Of a stretch of 64,000 bases of DNA, positions 1-9,016 are shown piece after piece (the stretch's first letter is position 1; each line of letters begins with the position of its first letter). Source of the DNA: an uncultured Desulfatitalea sp. (lineage in GTDB: Bacteria; Desulfobacterota; Desulfobacteria; Desulfobacterales; Desulfosarcinaceae); contig CAXXMB010000002.1 in the NCBI GenBank assembly GCA_963668675.2, positions 1,184,001 to 1,248,000 of the forward strand, read 5' to 3'. The notes under the pieces are model-generated. The model was not told where the DNA came from and searched no databases. It was given only the letters and a program-made list of their open reading frames with translations. Made by a program: the position numbers and the translations under genes.

Positions 1-881
1 CTCACCTCCATCAGGGCCGTACGAAAGGTGATGGGAAGATTGCGACCCAATCCCCCGTCGAGAAGCTCTGCGATCAGTGCCATGGCGACGGAGGCTTCAG
101 CACCGGGGCGGCACACGATCCACTGGTCGGCATTGGCAGCCGTCAGGGATTGGTATGCACTGACGTGTGTGTAAAAGCCCTTGTGCCCGTTGTCCCAGGC
201 ATGCATGGCTTTGAACTTGCGGCTGTACTCCACCGGTGAAAGCCAGTTCTCAAGAAAATCGGCCCCCAACCCGACGATCATATCCGCCTGGTCGAGATGA
301 TAGCCGGGCAGCATGTCCCTACCGAAGAGCTGATGGTGGGCGAACTTGAGCGACTCATAGGCAAAGGGCTCAAATATCAAGGGCCCCTGGGAACCATGGC
401 CCTTCAGCACCGATTGAAAAAGTTCGAGCAGATGCTGCCCCACCACCTCCGTAAGCATGGCGACACGATCGGGACCCTTGGCCGATGCCTGAAGGGATTT
501 TTTTTGGATCAGTGTCAGTGCCTGGCCAAAAGAGATCTTCTTCCATCCCTCCCCCTCCTTAAGCATCGGGGTGTGAATGCGATCCGGATGGTAGAGCGCC
601 TGCAGGGCCGCGTGGCCGCGGGCGCACAGCTTGCCTCGGTTGATCGGATGCAGGGGGTTGCCCTCCAGCTTGACCACGCGCCCTTCACGGTTCTTGGCCA
701 GGAGACCGCAGCCGGCCGGGCATTCCCGGCATGTGGAGGCATACCAGGTGGCTTCGCCGGTCACCATATCTTCCGGTGCCCGTACCAGAGTGAATAGATT
801 TCTTTCAGGATGGGAGTTGCAACCGGCGGCAAAAGCCACGCTGCCCATTCCGGTCATTTTAAGAAAGGTTCTTCGATCCAT
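1..881 (-). CDS. TAT-exported molybdopterin-oxidoreductase-family subunit (ActB/QrcB-like), 3' end outside window
   Basis: Manual translation (not in ORF track): MDRRTFLKMTGMGSVAFAAGC (twin-Arg plus lipobox Cys), STCRECPAGCG...EGNPLHPINRGKLCARG Fe-S motif, GADFLENWLSPV; frame open to window edge. Confidence 0.85.
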   Translation of the reverse strand, partial: MDRRTFLKMTGMGSVAFAAGCNSHPERNLFTLVRAPEDMVTGEATWYASTCRECPAGCGLLAKNREGRVVKLEGNPLHPINRGKLCARGHAALQALYHPDRIHTPMLKEGEGWKKISFGQALTLIQKKSLQASAKGPDRVAMLTEVVGQHLLELFQSVLKGHGSQGPLIFEPFAYESLKFAHHQLFGRDMLPGYHLDQADMIVGLGADFLENWLSPVEYSRKFKAMHAWDNGHKGFYTHVSAYQSLTAANADQWIVCRPGAEASVAMALIAELLDGGLGRNLPITFRTALMEV

Positions 882-1088
882 GCACCGCGCCTGTCGGTCT
901 TGCCGCACATCGGCGGCTGTGGTTGTTCGCTCCAGCCGCCCGGCCCTAGCATACAGCACGATCCCTCGTATGCGTCGTTTTCCCAGTGCGGCAGTGAGAG
1001 CGGTATTTATTACGGTGAACGTTTCGGAAGCAATCTGGAACTGAACTTCTCAAAGTGGTAACAGAAGCAGGACCGGATTGTCAATCGG

Positions 1089-1934
1089 TTATAGGTTCAA
1101 GCCTGCCTGACGCATCAATGGCATGAGGTGGTCAAGGCTCTCCCGGCCAGCCTCCTCAGGGCGATCCACATAGGGGTAGAGCTCCAGACTGATATCGCGA
1201 GAGTAGCCGAGCGAGCGCATCGCGCCAAACACAGCCGGAAAATCGATAGCCCCCAACCCGGCGATCAGATGATTGTGCTCGCGGTTTGCAGCGATATCCT
1301 CGATGTGCATGTGGCCTACCCACTCGAACAGCTCTTCGAAGGCGCCGGCCGGATCCTCACCCGCACAGAAGAAGTGGCCGATGTCGAAATTGATGCCCAC
1401 CGCATCGCAGCGGATCTCCCGAACGAACGGTTTGATCTCCGAAACGCGCTCCATGAGCAGGTCCGGCTCGGGCTCGATGAGCAGTTGTACGCCCAACGCT
1501 TCGGCCCTGGGGATTACCCGGTCCAATCCGTTGTGAAACAGAGAGAGCGCCTCCTTGCGGGTCATGCCTTTTTCCAAAGGGCCGCCCGGTGGGACAGAGA
1601 TATTGGCACATCCGACGGCCACTGCAATTTCGAGGCAGGCCAAGGTGTGGTCCACCCGGATCTGGCGACGCTCGGCCTCGGGTTCGATCCACGATGGCAG
1701 ATAGGTGTCTCCCACGGCAAAGAGGGTGAAACTGTTCAGGTTGGTCGGCTTCAACTGGTTGGCATCCAAGCGACGCTTGACCGCATCCAACTCGTCGGCA
1801 CCATACTCCGGCGGGTAGAGATGGGGCTGGTCGCACATGATCTCCACCCCCTTGAAACCAAGTTCGGCGATTTTGTCCAAAGCGTCCAGAAGCGAGAATT
1901 TCACAAAGGCGTTGGTGCTGTAACCGAAGACCAT
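1089..1934 (-). CDS. Sugar phosphate isomerase/epimerase family TIM-barrel protein
   Basis: Motifs GFKGVEI, LLIEPEPDLL, NFDIGH, HMHIEDI, HLIAGLGAIDF, SLELYP. Confidence 0.85.
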   Translation of the reverse strand: MVFGYSTNAFVKFSLLDALDKIAELGFKGVEIMCDQPHLYPPEYGADELDAVKRRLDANQLKPTNLNSFTLFAVGDTYLPSWIEPEAERRQIRVDHTLACLEIAVAVGCANISVPPGGPLEKGMTRKEALSLFHNGLDRVIPRAEALGVQLLIEPEPDLLMERVSEIKPFVREIRCDAVGINFDIGHFFCAGEDPAGAFEELFEWVGHMHIEDIAANREHNHLIAGLGAIDFPAVFGAMRSLGYSRDISLELYPYVDRPEEAGRESLDHLMPLMRQAGLNL

Positions 1935-1997
1935 TTTCTTATCTTATCCTTTCCAGTTGAATTGGCGTTGCCGACAGATATGCCTCCTGCGGTTGTT

Positions 1998-3173
1998 TCA
2001 ATCCCGAGAGCCCACCACCCGCTCGGCAATCCTCTTTTCCAGACGATCCAAGGCCGTCAGCTGATCCTGGAACGTTAAAGGCGGCTGATGGCCCACCGCC
2101 TTTTTGAAATAGAAGCCCAGTTCAGGACAGGGGCCACCAAGGTCGGCGATTTTCAGCGCCGCTGCCCAACGGGCAAGATCGATGACCATGGGGGCGGCCA
2201 GAATGCTGTCCCGCCCCTGCCAATTGAGACGCAGGCTCATCGGCAGCCCGAAAATACCCTTGAAATCAATAACATCCCAAGCCTCTTTGGCATCGCCGCG
2301 CGGTGGGTAGTAATCGATGTGAACCTTATGACTCGTTTCTCCGTAAGATGCACCGACACCATACCCGAGAACCTCATCGAGCAGGTTGGTTTTATTCTGC
2401 AGCTTGCCGCAGGCCCGATCCGGGTCCATCAAATTCTTGCCATCCGCATTACCCAGGATATTCAGACTGTACCATCCGTCCACATGCAACGACCGCGCCT
2501 TGAGGGCCGAAGCCAACACCACCTTCAAGTAGGTCTGTCCGGTTTTACCGTCCCGTCCCGCCAAGGGCACGTTGCGTGATTCAGCCTCCCGGCAGATCAG
2601 TGGCAACTCAATGGTGTTGGGCGAAAAATTGACAATGGGAATGCCTTCCTGCAGCGCCGCCAGAGCATAACTCAAATCGGGAGCCGCAGACGACTCCAGC
2701 CGGGTCAGATCTTCCAGAGACTCCAGCCGATGGGCTTGACCGAAGTCGCATGCGGCCGGTAACAGATTGACCATCACAGGCTGCACCCCGGAGTGGCGGC
2801 CCAGGAGCGTTTGCATATCGTGGCGTATGGCGTCCACCTGGGCTGCCAGGGTGGCGTCCTGGCTTGGCGCCGGTCTCAGCTCGATATTGGCCAACGCCTC
2901 TGCGTGGGGCTGCCATTGGGATTCCGGGATCACCCCATGGCGGCGGATGGCCTGGACCAGCGGGACCGGATCGCTGTCCCAGCCCACCATATGCATCGTT
3001 TCAGGTACGCCGAAACCGCTGAACCGACCCGTGGTGGTCAGCCCGGTCAAGACGTTGTCGGGGTTTCGTAGCAACTCGGCAAGTGCCAGTGCCACCGTTG
3101 TACCGATGGCGCCTTTGGCGCCCGCCACCATCAGCAGCAATTCAGCATCTGGGGTCTCGTCTGGTCTGGTCAT
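1998..3173 (-). CDS. ino1: myo-inositol-1-phosphate synthase
   Basis: GAKGAIGTT NAD site, GRDGKTGQT, NILGNADG, YYPPRGDAK, RDSILAAPMVIDLAR. Confidence 0.9.
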   Translation of the reverse strand: MTRPDETPDAELLLMVAGAKGAIGTTVALALAELLRNPDNVLTGLTTTGRFSGFGVPETMHMVGWDSDPVPLVQAIRRHGVIPESQWQPHAEALANIELRPAPSQDATLAAQVDAIRHDMQTLLGRHSGVQPVMVNLLPAACDFGQAHRLESLEDLTRLESSAAPDLSYALAALQEGIPIVNFSPNTIELPLICREAESRNVPLAGRDGKTGQTYLKVVLASALKARSLHVDGWYSLNILGNADGKNLMDPDRACGKLQNKTNLLDEVLGYGVGASYGETSHKVHIDYYPPRGDAKEAWDVIDFKGIFGLPMSLRLNWQGRDSILAAPMVIDLARWAAALKIADLGGPCPELGFYFKKAVGHQPPLTFQDQLTALDRLEKRIAERVVGSRD

Positions 3174-3221
3174 CTTTTACGCTTCCATCTCAACGGGTCA
3201 GGTTATCCAACTTTCAGCACC

Positions 3222-3272
3222 GCAGGAGCGGCTCCTTCCCGATTGCAGGCATCGGGACGAGAACCGCTCTCT
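3222..3272. repeat. REP-like nested palindrome between bfr and ino1
   Basis: GAGCGG/CCGCTC outer arms and TCCCGAT/ATCGGGA inner arms; begins GCAGGAGCGGC, resembling GTAG-type REPs. Confidence 0.5.
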
Positions 3273-3299
3273 CGGTCTACTGCACTTTTGATGCGACGA

Positions 3300-3836
3300 C
3301 TACTCCGCGCCACCGATGACGAAACCCTTGGTGGTGCCTCCGGTGGATGACGGTGTCCCGGCGATGCGCGCCAGGTAGGCGGCACCAAGTTTTTCAATGT
3401 GATCGCCAATGTTGTCAAAGTAGTTGTAATGCTCCTGCTCTTCATCGATGATGCTCTCGAAGAGTTTCATGCTGACGCTGTCGCCGTTCTCCCGGCAGAC
3501 CAACAAAAACTCATTGTAAACGTCGATGGTATAATCTTCCAGGTTGGCATCAAACGGGAAGACGTCTTCGACCGCCTGCCCCTTTTTGGGCTTGGCGTCC
3601 GGTTCTGTTACCGGCTCGCCGCCCATCTCCTTTATGCGCTCGGCAAACATCTCGGCATGGCGCATCTCGTCGATGGCGATGAGCTTGATGTTGGCTGCCA
3701 GCTCGCCATAGTCCATATCATCGAGATTGTAGTGTTGGTTCATGTACTGACTGATGGCTTGCAGCTCCATGGCCCTGGCTTTGTTCAACACTTCGATGAC
3801 CTTGCCTTTTCTTGTTTTTTTTGCAGCTTTCGGCAT
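3300..3836 (-). CDS. bfr: Bacterioferritin
   Basis: ELQAISQY, DEMRHAE and DEEQEH ferroxidase motifs; strong SD AAGGAGG. Confidence 0.92.
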   Translation of the reverse strand: MPKAAKKTRKGKVIEVLNKARAMELQAISQYMNQHYNLDDMDYGELAANIKLIAIDEMRHAEMFAERIKEMGGEPVTEPDAKPKKGQAVEDVFPFDANLEDYTIDVYNEFLLVCRENGDSVSMKLFESIIDEEQEHYNYFDNIGDHIEKLGAAYLARIAGTPSSTGGTTKGFVIGGAE

Positions 3837-3947
3837 GACAGACCTCCTCCTTATTGATTGAGGGACAACAAACTTGACGCTGCGACCAATACGATAGCGT
3901 CAATCTTTTCCTTGACAAAACCAGGCGAGGTAACGGTTGACGGCACC

Positions 3948-4451
3948 TCATCTGTTCGTGTTCGGTTCTCCGTCCGGATTAAATCTGAGTTCATTCACAT
4001 CGATGTTTTTGGCCGCTGCCTCGATCTCTTCCAACGAAATTTCGGGTAGCGTGATGCGGTCGGGCCTCAGGCTTTTGGCTCCCCGCAAATAGACGTGGAT
4101 GATCTCTTTACTGCTCTTGTGGGTGTTCCAGTGAACCAGCACGCGTATGCAGCGGGAGAGGCCGTTGGGCACCTGCATTTCATGGCCGCACAGCAAAGCA
4201 GCATCATACCAGCCGAGTTGGCGGGCCGCCAGGGCCGGATAGGTGGCCGTCAAATCAGTCGTTGTCGTAAAATAGACACTGGCGATATCCTCCGGATCGA
4301 TCTGGTTGGCACGAATCATGATGAACAACATCTCACGCGTCGCTTCAAGAATGGACTCACTGCTATTTTCAGTCACCGTGGTGGCACCGCGGATACCACG
4401 GCAACGAACGGCCTGCCCATTGGCTGAATCGCCCTCGTTCTTACCGGACAT
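3948..4451 (-). CDS. aroH: Chorismate mutase, AroH class
   Basis: CRGIRGATTV, YPALAAR, HEMQVP, RCIRVL, HVYLRGAKSLRPD; start moved to MSGKNE. Confidence 0.9.
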   Translation of the reverse strand: MSGKNEGDSANGQAVRCRGIRGATTVTENSSESILEATREMLFIMIRANQIDPEDIASVYFTTTTDLTATYPALAARQLGWYDAALLCGHEMQVPNGLSRCIRVLVHWNTHKSSKEIIHVYLRGAKSLRPDRITLPEISLEEIEAAAKNIDVNELRFNPDGEPNTNR

Positions 4452-4479
4452 GGAACATCTCTCCGTTTCAACGTCTTTT

Positions 4480-5184
4480 TTAAAGATGAAGCGCGTGCCG
4501 CTGCCCATCTATCTCTAATGTGGTCTTCGAGTAGGTCAGCTTATTGATGATCTTGCCCTCTTGAAAATGCATCACATCCACACCCCTGCGCTTCTCCGGC
4601 TTACCCTCAAACCCCTTCTCGCGACATGGCCATTCGAGCAGCCATCTGTAGAGCACTTTCTGTTCCGCTTCGTCGATAAAAAGCTCCTCGTCGATAAAAC
4701 GGAAACCGCCATCGGCAAACCACTGCTGCCACGCCTTGCGCAGCGACGCCTTGCCATTCGCCCTGCCACCGGTCCAGTTGTCGAACACAACATCGTCGTG
4801 CATCAGCGCCAGAACACCTTCCAGGTCGTAGCGCCCCCAAGCCTGGTTCCACGTTTCGATGGCGCTGCGGATCTCTTCTCTCTTTAGCGTCATGACCGGC
4901 TCCTTTCGCGTTCGGGTTTCAACATGGTGTATAAATGCCGTTGCATCCTCGGGCGTGGTGATCACCCACACCGGCAACTGCTCGAAGGGCGACAGATCTG
5001 CACAGGCGGTGGGGCACCCTTGCACGGCCAGGATGAGATCGACCCCTTCACTCTCCGGCCTCACAAAGACAGCATTGGCGCCGAGTCGTTCCTGAAGCTG
5101 ACGCACCAGATCGACCCGGTCGTAATCGGGTTTGCATCCACCGCAGTATTTCAACCCGACAACCAGAGGGCCGGGATCACTCAT
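4480..5184 (-). CDS. Fusion of a four-Cys (YCGGC...GCPTAC) domain and an NTF2/SnoaL-like domain
   Basis: N-terminal KYCGGCKPDYDR and QGCPTACAD; C-terminal WNQAWGRYDLEGVLALMHDDVVF...GVDVMHFQEGKI; overlaps abfD stop; internal SD and ATG at 4893. Confidence 0.75.
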   Translation of the reverse strand: MSDPGPLVVGLKYCGGCKPDYDRVDLVRQLQERLGANAVFVRPESEGVDLILAVQGCPTACADLSPFEQLPVWVITTPEDATAFIHHVETRTRKEPVMTLKREEIRSAIETWNQAWGRYDLEGVLALMHDDVVFDNWTGGRANGKASLRKAWQQWFADGGFRFIDEELFIDEAEQKVLYRWLLEWPCREKGFEGKPEKRRGVDVMHFQEGKIINKLTYSKTTLEIDGQRHALHL

Positions 5185-6622
5185 CTTCGATGCCGGACAG
5201 CTTCTTGGCGGCCCTCTTCTTCTCAGCCAGATTGGCCAGTCTTGAAATCATAATGCGCTGGGCCTGGGGCGAACCGGCGCCGTGCATGGACTCGGTGAGG
5301 TACCCCACCGCTGCTGTCCCCAAGGTCAGGTTTTCAATCAAGCGCAGAATCCGCATGCGGTTCATGGTGGGCACATCGCAGTCGCCCGCATAGTACTTCT
5401 CCAGCCATTTGCCGGTCGTGGGAGACTTGAAATCATCTTCGGCCGGCATGGTGACCATGAGACCGCCGGCAAGGTCCTGGGCCAGACGGGCGATCTCATA
5501 GGGGAAACGCGTCACGTTCTGCTTGTGCACATTGGCCAGGAGTTTATCGACCACATAGGTGCCGCTCGGCTCCTTGTGGCCTTCGCTGGCGCACGAGATG
5601 CAACCGCAGTAAAGGGTCTCGTTGAGGTGATTCATCTCGATGATTTTGTCTTTGACATGGGAGGCCCGCTCGGCGCCGTTATACTCGGCAGCCGTCTGGG
5701 CGGCGCCGATAAGCACATCGCCGACCCCCACTTTGCAGGCATAACTTTGGCGGTGATAGGAGGCGAAGTTCTCCACCAGGCTGCCGGCGAACTCATACTC
5801 CTTGTACATGAAGATACGATCCCAGGGCACGAAAACATCCTCGAAGACCACCAGGGCCTCGTGCCCCCCGAAAACCGGGTTGCCGCGATCCAACAGGCCG
5901 GCTTCGAGTTTGCGGGTGTCGCACGACTGGCGCCCCATAATATAGATGATGCCCTTGGCGTCGCTGGGCAGCGCAAACGAGACCGCATAGTCCTTGTCCT
6001 CTTCGCGCATGGCGATGGTGGGCATGACGATGATCTCATGGGAGTTGACCGCGCCGGTTTGGTGGGCCTTGGCGCCGCGTACCACTATGCCGTCCTCGCG
6101 CTCCTCTACAACGTGGAGAAAAAGGTCGGGATCGGCCTGTTTATGGGGCGGCAGGCTGCGGTTACCTTTGGGGTCGGTCATGGCGCCGTCACAGGTCAGG
6201 TCGTTCTCCTGCACGAAGGTGAGGTAGTCGATGAACCGTTTGTAGTATTGGGTGCCGTGGGCCTTGTCGATGTCGAACGTCACAATGGAGAGTGCATTGA
6301 GCGCATCCATGCCCACGCAGCGCTGGAAGCAGCACCCCGTGGATCGGCCCAGCAGGCGCCCCATCTTGCTCTTCTTGACCAGGTCTTCGACATTCTGATG
6401 AATATGGGTAAAACGATTGATGCGTTTGCCGGAAAGATGGGATGTCGCGGTCATGATGTCTTCATGCTCGGGCTGAAGGGCCAACTCGTATGTCTTGGCC
6501 ACCGCATTCATGGAGGGGCGAATGATTGGATCGTCCACCACATTTTCAACCCGCTTGCCGAACTGGTAAACCTCAAGGTTCAAACGGCGCAAGCTCTCTT
6601 CATATTCCTGGGGGGTCATCAT
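5177..6622 (-). CDS. abfD: 4-hydroxybutyryl-CoA dehydratase/vinylacetyl-CoA isomerase
   Basis: CFQRCVGMD, GAMTDPKG, GGHEALVVF, YHRQSYACKVG, TESMHGAGSPQAQ; all Fe-S ligands present. Confidence 0.95.
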   Translation of the reverse strand: MMTPQEYEESLRRLNLEVYQFGKRVENVVDDPIIRPSMNAVAKTYELALQPEHEDIMTATSHLSGKRINRFTHIHQNVEDLVKKSKMGRLLGRSTGCCFQRCVGMDALNALSIVTFDIDKAHGTQYYKRFIDYLTFVQENDLTCDGAMTDPKGNRSLPPHKQADPDLFLHVVEEREDGIVVRGAKAHQTGAVNSHEIIVMPTIAMREEDKDYAVSFALPSDAKGIIYIMGRQSCDTRKLEAGLLDRGNPVFGGHEALVVFEDVFVPWDRIFMYKEYEFAGSLVENFASYHRQSYACKVGVGDVLIGAAQTAAEYNGAERASHVKDKIIEMNHLNETLYCGCISCASEGHKEPSGTYVVDKLLANVHKQNVTRFPYEIARLAQDLAGGLMVTMPAEDDFKSPTTGKWLEKYYAGDCDVPTMNRMRILRLIENLTLGTAAVGYLTESMHGAGSPQAQRIMISRLANLAEKKRAAKKLSGIEDE

Positions 6623-6686
6623 GGCCAGATATCGCCTTTCTATAATTATATCAATACATTATTAAATTTCTCCCGGTAAAGATTAC

Positions 6687-6716
6687 ACTATAGGGGGAAA
6701 TGCTTCGGTGTGTCAA
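6687..6716 (-). promoter_or_regulatory. sigma70-type promoter for abfD
   Basis: Minus strand TTGACA-N18-TATAGT about 65 nt upstream of the start. Confidence 0.55.
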
Positions 6717-6840
6717 GGAAAGTGGGAACGGCCAGGAACCCAACGAGGGGCAACCACAGGAGCTGCCCCCATATCCCCTAAGTTAATGGCATTGATTTTT
6801 AACTCCCGGCAAAGCGGGGATACGACGTCTTCTGCAGTTG

Positions 6841-7611
6841 CTATTTCTTGCGCCGGGCAGCAGCCAGCTGGGCCTGCAGGGCATCGATGCGCTCGTGATT
6901 GTCCTCCGAACCGATATAGCTCCTGAAGAGCCACTCCTGCAGCCGCATGGCGCCGTCCAGGTCCTGATCGAGGATCATGTTGCCCAACTGCTTGGTCTCC
7001 TTGAGGCAGCCCCTGTCGTAAGCGGCCATCTCGACGGCGATGCGGTTGACCGAGGTGAGCAGCTCACCCTCTGGAAACACCTTGCTGACGTAGCCCATGC
7101 GTTCGGCCTCGTGGGCATCGTAGATGCGCCCGGTCAGGGCGACCTCCTTGGCTCTTCCCAGTCCGATAATGCGCCAGAGCGGGTCCATGATGGGCGTCAG
7201 GGAGAGCACGATCTCCCGCTGCCCGAACTTGGCCCTTTCCGAAGCGTAGCGGATATCGCACATCATGGTCAGGTCGAAGCCACCAGCAATGGCCGCGCCG
7301 CCCACGGCACAGATCACCGGCTGGCTACAGAAGAGAATCGCACGATAGGCGCGGTGAAAAAGGGCCGTGTAAGCCTCGTTGGACACTTTCTCCAGCTTGC
7401 GAATCTCGTTGAGATCGAAGCCGGCCGAAAAGTATCGTTCGCCGCCGGTGAGAACAATCACGTGAACGTCGTCCCTGGCACTCAACTCGTTGAACAACGC
7501 TTCAACCTCGACCAGCACTTCCGGGGAGAGGCTGTTGCCCTTATCCGGCCGGTGGATCGTCACCGTCGCCACCCTGGACGCTACCGAGAGTTGCAGATGT
7601 TGGATTTCCAT
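6841..7611 (-). CDS. Enoyl-CoA hydratase/isomerase family protein
   Basis: FSAGFDL, AIAGGFDLTMMCDIRYASERAKFGQRE, ALTGRIYDAHEA. Confidence 0.9.
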   Translation of the reverse strand: MEIQHLQLSVASRVATVTIHRPDKGNSLSPEVLVEVEALFNELSARDDVHVIVLTGGERYFSAGFDLNEIRKLEKVSNEAYTALFHRAYRAILFCSQPVICAVGGAAIAGGFDLTMMCDIRYASERAKFGQREIVLSLTPIMDPLWRIIGLGRAKEVALTGRIYDAHEAERMGYVSKVFPEGELLTSVNRIAVEMAAYDRGCLKETKQLGNMILDQDLDGAMRLQEWLFRSYIGSEDNHERIDALQAQLAAARRKK

Positions 7612-7696
7612 GAATCGTCTCCTTTTGTTAGAACCGCACCCGGCGGTCGATCAATATCGTTTCCAGAGTCAACACCCCCGATTCGCCAAACGCAGA

Positions 7697-7734
7697 CCGC
7701 CCGATCCGGTCGGAATCTCCGGTGGATCGGGCGG
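7697..7734. other. Intercistronic hairpin (terminator/REP-like)
   Basis: CCGCCCGATCC/GGATCGGGCGG perfect 11-bp stem; no strong U-tract. Confidence 0.45.
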
Positions 7735-7772
7735 CGCAAAGCGATGGTCTTGACAGCGCAGGCTGCAGCTTC

Positions 7773-8645
7773 TTACTTCTTGGTGTAGTCGTACCAGCCC
7801 TTGCCGGTCTTTTCGCCGTAATGGCCTTGAACATACTTCGCCACCAGGCTCGGCGTGGGCAGCTGGGAACGATCACCGGTGGCCTTGAAGGCTTCCATGC
7901 CCATGATGTAGCTCAGGTCGAGACCGGTCAGGTCGTTCAGGCGGAACGGTCCCATGGGGTGTCCGGCGCCGTAAACACACGCCTTGTCGATATCTTCAAC
8001 CGAGGCCACACCCATCTCCAGAATCCATTGGGCTTCGCGTCCGATGGCTTTGAATATCCGGTTGAGCAGAAAGCCATCGACCTCTTTTTTCAGATGGACC
8101 GGCACCTTTTCCAGCTTTTTGCACAGAGCCATGGAGACTTCGATGGTCTCATCGGAGGTATGGGGGCCTTGCACCACCTCGACCAGCTTCATCACCAGCG
8201 CCGGGTTGAAGAAGTGCAGGTTGCACACCTGGCCGGGACGCTTGGTGGCATCGGCGATTTTAGAGCTCACGATAAAGGAGCTGTTGGTGGCCAAGATGGC
8301 GTGCGGTGGGGTAAACTTGTCCAGGTCGGCAAAAATCTTGCGCTTCAGATCCAAAATTTCAAGAACCGCTTCGATCACATAGTCGGCATCCTTGCACGCC
8401 TCTTCCAGACTGGAGGTGAACGAGATGTTTTCCCGGGCCTGTTTGGCCTCATCCGCGGTCAGCTTTCCCTTGTTCACACGGCCGGGCAGGTACTTGTCCA
8501 CGAAGGCCTCGGCCTTTTTCAGGATATCTTCCTTAATATCCGTACAGACCACCTTGAACCCGTGAATTGCGCAGGTCGTGGCAATTTGATGCCCCATGTT
8601 ACCGGCACCGACAACAACGATTTTTTTGACATCCTCGATCTTCAT
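7773..8645 (-). CDS. hbd: 3-hydroxybutyryl/3-hydroxyacyl-CoA dehydrogenase
   Basis: GAGNMGHQIA, VIEAVLE, LATNSS, LHFFNP, GHPMGPF, GKGWYDY. Confidence 0.9.
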   Translation of the reverse strand: MKIEDVKKIVVVGAGNMGHQIATTCAIHGFKVVCTDIKEDILKKAEAFVDKYLPGRVNKGKLTADEAKQARENISFTSSLEEACKDADYVIEAVLEILDLKRKIFADLDKFTPPHAILATNSSFIVSSKIADATKRPGQVCNLHFFNPALVMKLVEVVQGPHTSDETIEVSMALCKKLEKVPVHLKKEVDGFLLNRIFKAIGREAQWILEMGVASVEDIDKACVYGAGHPMGPFRLNDLTGLDLSYIMGMEAFKATGDRSQLPTPSLVAKYVQGHYGEKTGKGWYDYTKK

Positions 8646-8747
8646 TTCATCCTCCTTATGTAGTGAATAAAGTGGGAAGGAAATCGATGCACCCTATATG
8701 TGAAGCAAGGGGAACGATGATTAATTACCCGCATCCGATAAAAGTAT

Positions 8748-8794
8748 CCGAACGAACGTTCGGTTTTATAGCACCACCTCAGCGCAAAGGTCAA
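8748..8794 (-). promoter_or_regulatory. hbd promoter with palindromic operator over the predicted start site
   Basis: Minus strand TTGACC-N18-TATAAA with extended TG; CCGAACG-aa-CGTTCGG inverted repeat at 8748-8763. Confidence 0.5.
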
Positions 8795-9016
8795 GGCGAG
8801 ATACGCACCCGGTGTATTGATTTTAAGCCAGTGGCAGGAAGCCGCTATCCCAATCTCACGAATTAAAAAGAACTAAACTTTTCGAGAAGTTGAGTCAATA
8901 ATATAGGGGGACGGTTTCAGGAAACGGCTATTGAAAGCCAAGATGCCCGGACATGGCCCGAAAATGCACGCTGCAAGGGAAGGATCAACGGTCATACAGC
9001 GATATAGGAATGGATC

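Noticed and set aside
5282..6679. Long antisense ORFs (also 11528-12796, 19337-20488, 62764-63975 and others)
   Set aside because: Shadow frames of GC-rich real genes, with no motifs
8954..8968. sigma54 promoter TGGCCCGAAAATGCA
   Set aside because: GG-to-GC spacing is 9, not the required 10
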